IMG/VR virus record: IMGVR_UViG_3300030110_004955
Location: 1-53,117 of that record
DNA from: a virus
Taxonomy: Duplodnaviria > Caudoviricetes
DNA: 53,117 bases
Reading direction: 5' to 3' (one strand)
Below are positions 25,854-35,227 of the stretch, piece after piece (the stretch's first letter is position 1; every line of letters begins with the position of its first letter). The position numbers and the translations under genes are program-made. Under the pieces are notes generated by a model, which was given only the letters and a program-made list of their open reading frames with translations, was not told where the DNA came from and made no database searches.

Positions 25854-28634
25854 GTGCCGTCCTTTAACCCTAAGAGTTGTGGCGCTCAGTGCGACATATG
25901 TCCTTTAGGGCCAGAGGGACCACTACGTAAAGATGAGTGGAAGCCCGTCGGTGGAGAGTTTCATCGGGGGGCTTCCGTCATCGCTATTGCTGAATCACCT
26001 AGTTCCGATGAGGTTCAGCACGGTCGACCCTTGGTTGGTCGGTCAGGTGGAGAATGGAACAACACACTTACAGCTATAGGTAAGCGCAGGATTGAGGTTG
26101 ATTTAGACCACGTAATTTCGTGTCGACCTACAGGACAAGAATCTGGTGCGTGGCGGCGAATGGATAAGAGTCTTGATCGCCTCAACCGTAAGCGAATCAA
26201 GGAAGGTGATGAACCATATCCTCATCCCGCTACGTGTTGTCGCCCCCGTCTACTACAGGTCGTGTCGAAGTACCGCAACATCATTACCTTAGGTAAGACC
26301 GCAACTTCAGCCTTGACGGGTCAATCAAGCAGTATCCAGTCAATGCGAGGCGGACCCATGCTTATTGATGACGAGTGGGATTGGGTTGGTGAGAATGGGA
26401 CACGGAAGCTTTTACCTACGCTACATCCATCATTCATCCTTCGCGCACCAAGTTGGCGGCATGTCTTACATTCTGACGTAGCCAAAGCGTTTCGTTGGTT
26501 CAATGGGTGTCTGCGATGGACTGAACCGGATTCAGTTATTAATCCTACGCCAGAAGAATTGGAAGAATGGTTGGCTCAGCCTGCGCCGTTTTGGACGTAC
26601 GATGTTGAGACGGATGGTATTGAGCCGCTTGAATGTAAGCTTAGAACCATAGCTATTGCGATACCTGACCTCGACGAGAACGGTAAGGCAGCACGAAATA
26701 TCGTACATCAAAAGGCACGGGCAATCGGTATTGGTATCCTTTCAACCGATGGTGTTTCTCGTATCTACCCGAGAGACCAGGAGGAAAAGATACTTGATAT
26801 TTTACGTCGAGCATTCACAGATGGTCGCACGTGGGTAGGTCATAACGCTGGTTACTACGACCGTATGGTGGTTGAAGCCCAGTGGGGTGTGACACCTACA
26901 CCCCTGGTTGACACACTGTTTCACGCCCGCTTCCGAGCACCCGATCTACCGAAAGGTTTGAAGACAATTGGTTCAGTGCTCACTGACGTTGAACGCTGGG
27001 AGACAACTGAAAAAGGGACGAAGATCTCAACAGGTAGTCAGGATGACGCAGAGCTTCTTCGATACAACATCGTGGATTCAACTGTAAACGCCCGCATTGT
27101 GGTCCCTTTGATAGACGCATCGAGAATCGCAGGCGCCTTCAACCCAGCGAACGAAGAATTAAAACCATCAGGTTGGCCGACTAATCGTGCCTGGAACCTG
27201 AACGAAGTTGATCATGCAACACAAGAAATGTGCGTTGGGATGCATAAGTCAGGTGTTTGGATTGACCAGAAGCTTCGTAGTGATCTTGAGTTGGAGTATG
27301 AGATCTCAGTTAAGAAACGCTACAAGAACCTACAATCATTGGCACAAGAGATCGGCATTAAGAGCCTTGATTCAGACTCGGTGAATGAGTTGAACCCTGG
27401 CAGTGCGGATCAGATTCGACGACTTTTGTACGATCGGTGGGGTCTGGGCATTCCGGCTTCGATGGATGCGCGTGAGTTTTATACTGAGACAGGTGCTCCA
27501 GGTACAGGTGACGCAGTAATACGCGGGCACTTAGCATCGGGTCGGCTGGACAAAAACCAAGAATCATTTTTAAAAGAGCTTCGCTTATATAGAAGAGAGA
27601 AAAACAAAATCCTCGGTACCGTTCTTATTCCTCTGCGTCGACGAGACGTAGATGAGAAGAAAGGGTTGGTACATGAAGACGGTAGGGTTCGATCTACCTG
27701 GAATGCTCATGTAACGAGTGTCGGTAGATTATCCAGTAGTGGGCCCAACCTACAAAACATTGGAAACCGAAAGGGTCAGGGTAGACTAAAGAAGGTGTTT
27801 GCCGCACCTCCTGGCCGCATTCTAGTGGGCGCGGACTTAGACCAGGCGCATCTTAGAATCACTGCTTGCTACTGGCAGATACCCCGTCTTCTCGAATGCT
27901 TTGACACAGGCAAAGATCCTCACAACTTACTAGCCTATGACGTGTTTGGTAAAGACTTTAAGAATGCCACAGGCTGGGGTCCTGACGGTTTCAGTCTGGA
28001 CCGTAAACCAACTGGTGGCGAGGCGAAAGCAATGCGTGATGTGATGAAGACATTTCGTTACGCATCAATATATTGGGCTGATCCGACGACAGTTTGGCAG
28101 GTATTGACAAGCACCGAGACGGATGATGGTCGTATGCCTTACCTCAAATTTGAGACACGAGAAGTCAGGCACTTTCACAACAAGTGGTTGGAAGCTGAGC
28201 CCGAATGGGAGAATGCTTGGAAGCAGATGATCAGTATGTACAACGGCCAGGGATATATGGAAGAGCCTGTGCTCGGTCGACGTTCAGGCCCACTATCTGA
28301 TGGAAAGAAAAACGAAGTAGTAAACTACCCAATACTCGCAGCAGAATCATCAATCATGCGGTTGGCTGAACAAGAAATCATCAACGCGTTTCCGTTTGAT
28401 TTTGCCGGTAAGGGAACCGGGATGATTCATCAATGCCATGATTCAATCGCTGTAGAGATTCCACTACCTGATGGGGTACCACCTAACTGGGAACCAACCC
28501 GAGGTGAAGATATGCACCCTGCTTTGAAAGATGCTCAACAGCTTGTCGAGCAATGTATGACCGTAACAATCCCTGGTTGGGAAGTAACTATGACTGCAGA
28601 AGCTGATGTGGGTCGTAGTCTAAAAGATATTTAG
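25854..28634 (+). CDS. polA: Family A DNA polymerase with N-terminal family-4 uracil-DNA glycosylase-like domain and 3'-5' exonuclease
   Basis: UDG-like: CDICPL, AESPSSDEVQHGRPLVGRSG, CRP, LHPSFILR. Exo: YDVET, GHNAGYYD, YNIVD. Pol: GRLSSSGPNLQNI, DLDQAHLR, RDVMKTFRYASIY, HDS. Confidence 0.9.
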   Translation: MPSFNPKSCGAQCDICPLGPEGPLRKDEWKPVGGEFHRGASVIAIAESPSSDEVQHGRPLVGRSGGEWNNTLTAIGKRRIEVDLDHVISCRPTGQESGAWRRMDKSLDRLNRKRIKEGDEPYPHPATCCRPRLLQVVSKYRNIITLGKTATSALTGQSSSIQSMRGGPMLIDDEWDWVGENGTRKLLPTLHPSFILRAPSWRHVLHSDVAKAFRWFNGCLRWTEPDSVINPTPEELEEWLAQPAPFWTYDVETDGIEPLECKLRTIAIAIPDLDENGKAARNIVHQKARAIGIGILSTDGVSRIYPRDQEEKILDILRRAFTDGRTWVGHNAGYYDRMVVEAQWGVTPTPLVDTLFHARFRAPDLPKGLKTIGSVLTDVERWETTEKGTKISTGSQDDAELLRYNIVDSTVNARIVVPLIDASRIAGAFNPANEELKPSGWPTNRAWNLNEVDHATQEMCVGMHKSGVWIDQKLRSDLELEYEISVKKRYKNLQSLAQEIGIKSLDSDSVNELNPGSADQIRRLLYDRWGLGIPASMDAREFYTETGAPGTGDAVIRGHLASGRLDKNQESFLKELRLYRREKNKILGTVLIPLRRRDVDEKKGLVHEDGRVRSTWNAHVTSVGRLSSSGPNLQNIGNRKGQGRLKKVFAAPPGRILVGADLDQAHLRITACYWQIPRLLECFDTGKDPHNLLAYDVFGKDFKNATGWGPDGFSLDRKPTGGEAKAMRDVMKTFRYASIYWADPTTVWQVLTSTETDDGRMPYLKFETREVRHFHNKWLEAEPEWENAWKQMISMYNGQGYMEEPVLGRRSGPLSDGKKNEVVNYPILAAESSIMRLAEQEIINAFPFDFAGKGTGMIHQCHDSIAVEIPLPDGVPPNWEPTRGEDMHPALKDAQQLVEQCMTVTIPGWEVTMTAEADVGRSLKDI

Positions 28635-28641
28635 GTAAATC

Positions 28642-29073
28642 ATGTCAAGATCACAATGGTTTCTCGCGCACTCCAGACACGACCAACTCGAAGAAGTTGA
28701 GTGTTGGTGTAAGGATCTAGTAGAACAACTGAGCGGTGACGGCTGGAAAGCCACTGTAATCTCAGGTCGAGACGACTACGAAAATAGAGCCGCTGCATTG
28801 GGTGGTTGGAATGATTGGTGTCGCGATGTACCTTGTGGTACAGACTATACAGGCGCACCACTATACCACGGTGTCATAATACCAATAGATTCTCTTGACG
28901 AGTCACCAACTGTTGGTCGAGCAACAGCACAAATAATCAAAGGTTTTCTATCAGAATCGAAGCACGTCTACGCTTGGTGCCCGAATGAAAAGTCTTTTAG
29001 ATCTGTCGCAGATATCGTTCAACTACTTGAAGATAGTTGGACTTCATGGGCACGGTTAGAGTTTAATCCTTGA
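28642..29073 (+). CDS. Hypothetical protein
   Basis: 143 aa in the operon, AGGT RBS. Confidence 0.6.
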   Translation: MSRSQWFLAHSRHDQLEEVECWCKDLVEQLSGDGWKATVISGRDDYENRAAALGGWNDWCRDVPCGTDYTGAPLYHGVIIPIDSLDESPTVGRATAQIIKGFLSESKHVYAWCPNEKSFRSVADIVQLLEDSWTSWARLEFNP

Positions 29074-29098
29074 CCCTGTGGTATTTATCCGATAGTTT
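29070..29098 (+). promoter_or_regulatory. Sigma70-type promoter
   Basis: TTGACC-N17-TAGTTT upstream of a GGAGG RBS and the ATG at 29135. Confidence 0.5.
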
Positions 29099-29134
29099 CT
29101 TGAGTAACCCAAAGCAAAAACCCCTGGAGGATAT

Positions 29135-31138
29135 ATGCGTCCGTTTGTAAATCGTATTTACAGTAATCTAAAGTCACCTAAGGATTCGGGAGAACCCTGG
29201 GATATTGAACTAGGTCAGCACACTTTGTTGGTTGGCTCAAACACAAGTCACAAAAGCAGTATTATTCAATCTGTAGAACTTTCAGTTGCTGGTTCTGCCG
29301 ATGATATTTTTGGTAGGAGCGCTGTTTCTGACGCAGCATTGCTGCTGACATTGGCTCCTGCTGATGAGTTAGGTATATCGAGTACACTTTCAAATGGTGC
29401 AACGGCATCGTTCAATGCTCGCCGTGAAGATGGGAAGACAAAGCGACCCACTCACTTGGGTCCTGGTTCCGATACGTTGGTTCATCGAGACGTGACTACC
29501 GCACTGTCAGGATCTCCTGCTTCGGCAAGAAAGGCATTTCTTTCTTGGTCAGGCGCTAAGGTAACTCTTGACGATGTGCTTTCGAACCTACCAGATAACC
29601 TACGTAACAAGTACGAAGACATTGCGGCTCATAAGGGTCGCGGAAAAACAGCCGTACAAACTCTACTCGAGGTTGTGACCTACGCAGGTCAACGTCAAAG
29701 AGAAGCCGCCAAGGAAGCCAAGGGTGCTGAGATCATTCTTGAAAGCATTGGTGATACCGTTGAGGCTCGACCGACAGAAGAAGATATGGGCAATATGAAG
29801 ATGGCCGTTGCTCAAGCCCGTGAGATACTTGATGTATCTATTCGTGCGTCAGGTTCTGGTGTCGGTATGTCTGGTGGTGAGAAGGCCGAAGCATTGAGAG
29901 AGGCAAATGAAAAGCTTAGCTTCTTCAAAAATGAGACCACAACGTCAGCAAATATCCTGGAAGAATTGCAAACCAGTTTGCCGAGTAAGGGCGAGAACGT
30001 AGACTACGCAATCAAGATTGTCGATGTAGCCATTCGTCACAGCCTTGAAGCATGTCCTGTGTGTAGCAGCCAGGTGGGATCAGAGCACCTCAAGAATTGT
30101 CAGTCGTTCTACCAGCAGCAGCAAACGCAATGGGAAGAGCAGTCCGCACAGAAGCTTGGGCAGATCACCAAGCTAAAGGCTGACATGGAGACGTGTGAGC
30201 GGCAGGTGAATCACTTCACTTCAGAAATTCGACGACTGGAAAACGTAAGGGTATCCACAACGGATAGTCGAGCGTTGCCTGTATCAGATGCTCAGTCTCG
30301 TCTGGAAGCTGCGATGGATGCACTTAGTAAGATGGAGATCGCAAACTCTCAGTGGGAGAACCTGGCTAATGCACGTGAGCGTGTCTTCAGTATGAAAGCT
30401 GAAGTGGACACGTATAAAGAATTGAAGCTTGCTTGTGAAGTTACCGTAGGTCGTCTGCTTTCGGAACAAGCAAAAGACTTTTCCGTCCGCGTACAGAAGT
30501 ACCTACCGAATCATTGGGACTTCAACATTGAATTGTTGGATGGGGTCAAAGAGGTTTTCCGTATGGGGATCATGCGGGATGGTAAGCTTCACGCGGCTTT
30601 GTCTGGTGCTGAATGGACTTCAGTAGTCACAGCAATCTCTATGGCTGTATCTGAGCGTTTGCCTAATGATGTGCCAGCGATTCTTATTCCAGAAGATCGT
30701 GCCTGGGATGGCAAGACTCTTAGTTCTGTGATGAAGGGCTTCTCTAACTTTGAAGGTCAGGTCATCATGGCAAGTACGATTCGTCCTACAGGTCGACCAC
30801 CTAAAGGCTGGACCATTATTGATATGGATCAAGTCAGCGAGTCGTGGTGTATGATTGATGCTACGGACGAAGAAGAACAGCCTGTAGAAGAAAAGCCAGT
30901 AAGTAAGACGAGTATCAACCATGCCAGTGGTGGGTTCCGTGTAACTAGTCGTAGCTCTTTGATTCTTGAAGAGACTGGTTTCGATACAGACATGATTCAG
31001 AAGATGTCACGGGACACAGTAGCTTCCATCATCAAAGATGGTTTGTCACCTGAGAATGTTTCAGTCAACGACGACGGTACCTACAACATCGTACGGAGTG
31101 CAAAGGTACTTCCGATGCCACCTGCACCGAATGTGTAA
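29135..31138 (+). CDS. Rad50/SbcC-like ABC ATPase with coiled coil and zinc hook
   Basis: LVGSNTSHKSS Walker A-like, central CPVC hook within coiled coils, LSGAE signature, deviant Walker B IPEDRAWD. Confidence 0.75.
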   Translation: MRPFVNRIYSNLKSPKDSGEPWDIELGQHTLLVGSNTSHKSSIIQSVELSVAGSADDIFGRSAVSDAALLLTLAPADELGISSTLSNGATASFNARREDGKTKRPTHLGPGSDTLVHRDVTTALSGSPASARKAFLSWSGAKVTLDDVLSNLPDNLRNKYEDIAAHKGRGKTAVQTLLEVVTYAGQRQREAAKEAKGAEIILESIGDTVEARPTEEDMGNMKMAVAQAREILDVSIRASGSGVGMSGGEKAEALREANEKLSFFKNETTTSANILEELQTSLPSKGENVDYAIKIVDVAIRHSLEACPVCSSQVGSEHLKNCQSFYQQQQTQWEEQSAQKLGQITKLKADMETCERQVNHFTSEIRRLENVRVSTTDSRALPVSDAQSRLEAAMDALSKMEIANSQWENLANARERVFSMKAEVDTYKELKLACEVTVGRLLSEQAKDFSVRVQKYLPNHWDFNIELLDGVKEVFRMGIMRDGKLHAALSGAEWTSVVTAISMAVSERLPNDVPAILIPEDRAWDGKTLSSVMKGFSNFEGQVIMASTIRPTGRPPKGWTIIDMDQVSESWCMIDATDEEEQPVEEKPVSKTSINHASGGFRVTSRSSLILEETGFDTDMIQKMSRDTVASIIKDGLSPENVSVNDDGTYNIVRSAKVLPMPPAPNV

Positions 31139-31146
31139 GACTTCTT

Positions 31147-31386
31147 ATGCGGTGTATGAAGTGCGGCCATAAAACAAAAGTTATCGATTCACGTAACAGC
31201 GAATCTAAAACAACGTTTGGTGGTCAGAAACGCATTGAGGACAGTGTCTCCTGGTACACCCAAGATTGGGTTTATCGAAGGAGACTCTGCCTCTCATGCT
31301 CTGAATCATTCATTACAATCGAGATCCCCGTAGATGATCTCGAAGATGGTTGGACACCAACCGATCACAACTCAGAGACTTTATAA
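31147..31386 (+). CDS. NrdR-like zinc-ribbon protein (no ATP cone)
   Basis: MRCMKCG..TKVIDSR...RRRLCLSC..F.TIE matches the NrdR N-terminal Zn ribbon. Confidence 0.7.
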   Translation: MRCMKCGHKTKVIDSRNSESKTTFGGQKRIEDSVSWYTQDWVYRRRLCLSCSESFITIEIPVDDLEDGWTPTDHNSETL

Positions 31387-31730
31387 CTCTGGATTGTTTT
31401 AAACGAACACTTCTGACCGGGCGAAAAGATCGTTCGGTTAGTTGCTGACCTTGACCCACCTGATGTTGAAGGCGTCGACTTAACAATGGCCATTGCTGCT
31501 TCGAAAGTACTGTCATCCGTAAAGCTAAGCTTGTATGCGCCAGCATTTGTTTCAAGCTCAAGGATACGATGCTTGGGTGCAGGAGCCTTCGGCGCCGGAG
31601 CAGACACTTTAGGTGCCGCAGCTTTCTTTGGTGCTGCAGCTTTCTTTGGTGCTGACTTGGTTGCCTTTTTTGCCGTAGTCTTTTTCTTTGCGGCAGGCTT
31701 CTTTACTGTTGGTTTCTTCGCGGTTGGCAT
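31365..31730 (-). CDS. Histone H1-like Lys/Ala/Pro-rich DNA-binding protein with small C-terminal domain
   Basis: AKKPTVKKPAAKKKTTAKKA..PKKAAA repeats; GGAGG RBS before the ATG at 31730; TGTTATACT extended -10 upstream. Confidence 0.6.
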   Translation of the reverse strand: MPTAKKPTVKKPAAKKKTTAKKATKSAPKKAAAPKKAAAPKVSAPAPKAPAPKHRILELETNAGAYKLSFTDDSTFEAAMAIVKSTPSTSGGSRSATNRTIFSPGQKCSFKTIQSYKVSEL

Positions 31731-31949
31731 GGGTCCTCCTAATACCTCAGTGGTTAGTATAACAGCATGTTGGGCTTTGGTGTTTGACACGAACCCAGGG
31801 TGCCCGATAGAGTTGTTTAGTCTGAGTCATTATCCCCCAGGTAAATGTTTCGGGCTTTGGGTTGTGCCGTCTGGATTTTCGGGTCCAGGCGGTGCGTTCC
31901 TGTGTAGTTGATTTTCGAATTATTCTTTTTGGACTTTGATTTTTAGGCG

Positions 31950-34076
31950 GTGACAATGGAAAGTGATGGCTCAGCGACGGTAGAAGAACCTCGCAGTGCA
32001 GATGAGGCTGAGCCCCAACAAACGGTTAGTGAGCAAGCAGAAGAAATACTGACGCGCTTATTGGCTTCTTTGCAGGAAGGTGGTCGTGATGACCATCGTG
32101 CCGCTTGGGTTGCAATACAAGATCCTGATGTAATGGCAACACTCGCAGATGGGTGGAGACAATCAGAGAGTAGTTTAAGTGCTTTGATCTCAATCCTTGA
32201 GACAATCCCTGGTCAGGTACAGCGCTCAAGAAACTTTCGTTCGGCAGTACGTAGGCTGGCAGAAGAGCGTAGTCGACGGGATGCAGAAGCACTGATCGAT
32301 CAACTGGAAGAACAGTTAGGCGAGCCAAACAATCTCGCCAGTCAGTTTGGTACAGGTGCTCCACCGCCTGCGGTTGTTGAGCATCAAACGTTGGAGAATC
32401 TACGCGTACCGCCCGGATACGATATTGATCTGATGGGTGTGTATCGTTTATCTGCAACGTTAGACGGTGCGATCAATCGTACAAGAATCGCATCAGCACC
32501 GATCTTTATTGGTGGTAGAACTGTTGACGTGTACACAGGAGAAGCTAAGCGCCAAGTCATCTGGCGTGGACCAAGCGGCTGGTGCTCACGTGTAATCGAG
32601 CGCCGTACTATTCTTGACGCGTCAAAGATTGTTCTACTTACAAACCTTGAGGCACCAATCAATTCAAACTCATCGGGTCAGATGGTTGCGTATCTGGCTG
32701 ACTTCGAAGCTGAGAACAATCACAGGTTTCCTGTCGTTCGTTCTGCTGCTCGTATGGGCTGGCAACCTGATGGAGGCTTTCTCCTACCCGATGTGTTCTA
32801 CGCTGCGAATGATGAGGCAAGCTCTAACTTTGCACTAACGCCACCAAGCGGACTCGAAACGTTATCATCGGGGTGGACAACCGCTGGGACCTGGGAAGAA
32901 TGGCTTGGTGCTATGGAGCTTGTCTCATCATTCCCTTACATGTACATCGCTATGTACGCTGGTGCTGCTGCACCACTTCTATCCATCCTGAAGGTGCCAG
33001 GTTTCGTTGTCGACTTCAGCGGTGAAACGAGTGGTGGTAAGACAACTGCACTACGATTTGCTTCGTCAGTATGGGGCCGACCATCAGAATCCTACCCGAC
33101 AGCCATGTACTCATGGGATGCAACAAAGGTTTGGATTGAACGAACAAGTGGGTTTCTCAATAACCTTCCACTGATACTCGATGAAACAAAGCGTGCCCGA
33201 CATCCTCGTATCGTACGAGACGTGATCTATGACTTCTGCCAAGGACAAGGACGGGGTCGTGGATCAGTCGAGGGAACCAGGCACACAGAATCGTGGCGCT
33301 CTATCCTGATCAGTAGTGGTGAGGGTGCTGCAACATCGTTCTCTCAAGACGCTGGTACGCGTGCTCGTGTACTCAGCCTAAAGGGGAAACCACTTGGTAC
33401 TGATGTCGACATCGGCTCAAGAGTAAGTGAGGAAGCACAGATCATATTGGCTGAAAACTATGGCCACTTGGGTAGACGGATAGCAGAGTACCTTGTAGCA
33501 AACCAAGCATCACACGAAGACATCCGGCAGATCTTTCAACGCGCGAGAGAGAAGTACGCTGGCATAGCAAAGACGGCTGTAGCACGACGGCACGCTGGTC
33601 ACCTTGCAGTCCTCGAAGTCATTGCAGCCATCACACATATACTGGGCGTTCCACAGCCTGATGTTGACCCCTTCGGTTACTTGATTGAATCGCAAGAGAT
33701 GGCTGGGCTGGATGCTGATCGTCCGTTGGCTGCACTGCAGGACCTACTATCTTGGTGTGCTACGCACCAAACAAGGTTTTGGGGTAGGGGCGACACTGAC
33801 TTTCATGGGCAAAGTAAAGCACCCACGTTGGGCTGGGCTGGTACTTGGGGTAGCGGTGACGATTGGGACTACATAGCAATTTCAGTCATCACATTTAAAC
33901 AAGTGATTAAAGAAATTGGTCATGATCCTGATGAGATAATCCAGCGATGGACAGCAAGAGGTTGGTTGAGTATTGGTAATGGCCGACACCGCAGTCGAGT
34001 CGTCCGAGTCGATGGTGCGCCAACTCGTTGCTACTGTATTGATAGAAGTGCATCTGACTTCGCGTTGAGGGTTTGA
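31950..34076 (+). CDS. DUF927-domain replicative helicase (AAA+ NTPase)
   Basis: MGWQ..GFLLP DUF927-type segment, Walker A GETSGGKTT, Walker B LILDE, GQGRGRG, W-x5-SSGE, ENYGHLG. Confidence 0.75.
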   Translation: MTMESDGSATVEEPRSADEAEPQQTVSEQAEEILTRLLASLQEGGRDDHRAAWVAIQDPDVMATLADGWRQSESSLSALISILETIPGQVQRSRNFRSAVRRLAEERSRRDAEALIDQLEEQLGEPNNLASQFGTGAPPPAVVEHQTLENLRVPPGYDIDLMGVYRLSATLDGAINRTRIASAPIFIGGRTVDVYTGEAKRQVIWRGPSGWCSRVIERRTILDASKIVLLTNLEAPINSNSSGQMVAYLADFEAENNHRFPVVRSAARMGWQPDGGFLLPDVFYAANDEASSNFALTPPSGLETLSSGWTTAGTWEEWLGAMELVSSFPYMYIAMYAGAAAPLLSILKVPGFVVDFSGETSGGKTTALRFASSVWGRPSESYPTAMYSWDATKVWIERTSGFLNNLPLILDETKRARHPRIVRDVIYDFCQGQGRGRGSVEGTRHTESWRSILISSGEGAATSFSQDAGTRARVLSLKGKPLGTDVDIGSRVSEEAQIILAENYGHLGRRIAEYLVANQASHEDIRQIFQRAREKYAGIAKTAVARRHAGHLAVLEVIAAITHILGVPQPDVDPFGYLIESQEMAGLDADRPLAALQDLLSWCATHQTRFWGRGDTDFHGQSKAPTLGWAGTWGSGDDWDYIAISVITFKQVIKEIGHDPDEIIQRWTARGWLSIGNGRHRSRVVRVDGAPTRCYCIDRSASDFALRV

Positions 34077-34123
34077 ATGGTTGTCGAGTGGTGCCTTATG
34101 AATAAATCAGGTAGACTCCGAAT

Positions 34124-34681
34124 ATGAGTGACGAGTCAACAGTAGACCTACCGCCTGCACCAAACACAGGGGCAGCGCCAGCAAACCAACCACTACATCT
34201 TGTGCCTACCTCAGTAGTGCCTGCGGGAGAACAAGAGGTTGCGTCGATGCTTGCAGAGCAAGCAAGGTTCAACGATGAGCCGGAAATGAAAGCTGTCGCA
34301 AGTAGGCTTTTAGAGGCTGGGTATACCGTGCAAGCAACAGCGCGGCGTCTCGGCTTGAGGTCGTCGACGGTGTGGTCCTGGTCGAAGGAGCCTGTGATAT
34401 CGGGTGCCATTACGTCAGGTGCAGAGCGCAGACGTACAGTGCTTGGCCAAGGGTTGGAAGAAGCCGCAGAGCAAGCGCTTGGTGCATTGATCGAAGTGGC
34501 TAATGATGTGGGTGCGCAACCCAGGGATCGGGTCAAGGCATCAGAAGCAATACTTGATCGGTGTGGTATTACTCCGTCAACAGGGCAAACAGATGTGGCT
34601 GTTGGTGTCACGGTTGATGTGGACTTTGATGAGCGGTTGGCTCGCATCGTTGCTGGTGCGGCAACAAAGAGTGAGACCTAA
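34124..34681 (+). CDS. HTH protein, terminase small subunit-like
   Basis: HTH YTVQATARRLGLRSSTVWSW followed by helices and DRVKASEAILDRCG, a pattern typical of TerS-like proteins. Confidence 0.5.
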   Translation: MSDESTVDLPPAPNTGAAPANQPLHLVPTSVVPAGEQEVASMLAEQARFNDEPEMKAVASRLLEAGYTVQATARRLGLRSSTVWSWSKEPVISGAITSGAERRRTVLGQGLEEAAEQALGALIEVANDVGAQPRDRVKASEAILDRCGITPSTGQTDVAVGVTVDVDFDERLARIVAGAATKSET

Positions 34682-34729
34682 CGGGCTCTATAGGATACAC
34701 TATTGGTACGGTAATCCGATGGAGGTCGT

Positions 34730-35083
34730 ATGCATGGTAGTGGTCCAGCGCTTTTGATCCTGGCGAAGCGTGAAGTTGCAGGAGATGAGTTGCCTGATTT
34801 TTCGGGTGACTCGATGGTTAAAGCGAAAAAGAAAATGTTGGATGGAGAATCCGAGTCGGCGGTACCGCAGTCCCACGACAAAGGGGAGGGGGAGAAGAAG
34901 TATTCGGAAGACCCGCATATGGCTATGAAGGAAATGGCGGAAGAGTTGTACAAGGCATCAAAGATGCACGCGGGGCAGGCGGATAAACTGATTGAGATTT
35001 GTGAGGACATGTACGGGAAAGAACATGGTGAGCACAAAGCGGCAGGGCATAATCCGCATGGTAAGGGTAAAGACCTTTATTGA
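34730..35083 (+). CDS. Hypothetical charged protein
   Basis: 117 aa, GGAGG RBS. Confidence 0.55.
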   Translation: MHGSGPALLILAKREVAGDELPDFSGDSMVKAKKKMLDGESESAVPQSHDKGEGEKKYSEDPHMAMKEMAEELYKASKMHAGQADKLIEICEDMYGKEHGEHKAAGHNPHGKGKDLY

Positions 35084-35104
35084 ATGCGTTGTGAATGCTG
35101 ACAT

Positions 35105-35146
35105 AAAAAAACGCCCAACCGGCGAAAGTGAAAACCGGAAGGGCGT
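35105..35146 (-). terminator. Rho-independent terminator of the minus-strand early operon
   Basis: Minus strand reads ACGCCC-TT-CCGG...CCGG-TT-GGGCGT followed by a T run. Confidence 0.65.
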
Positions 35147-35227
35147 AAGGGGCTAAGCCCCAGGCTGATTTCGAATTGACCGTGAAGTCGAATAGTGGTT
35201 AACCAGGCGGTGGGTTGTGTGCCAGGG

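Noticed and set aside
31486-31911. 141-aa hydrophobic + strand ORF
   Set aside because: Antisense shadow of the Lys/Ala-rich H1-like gene, which has the RBS and promoter.
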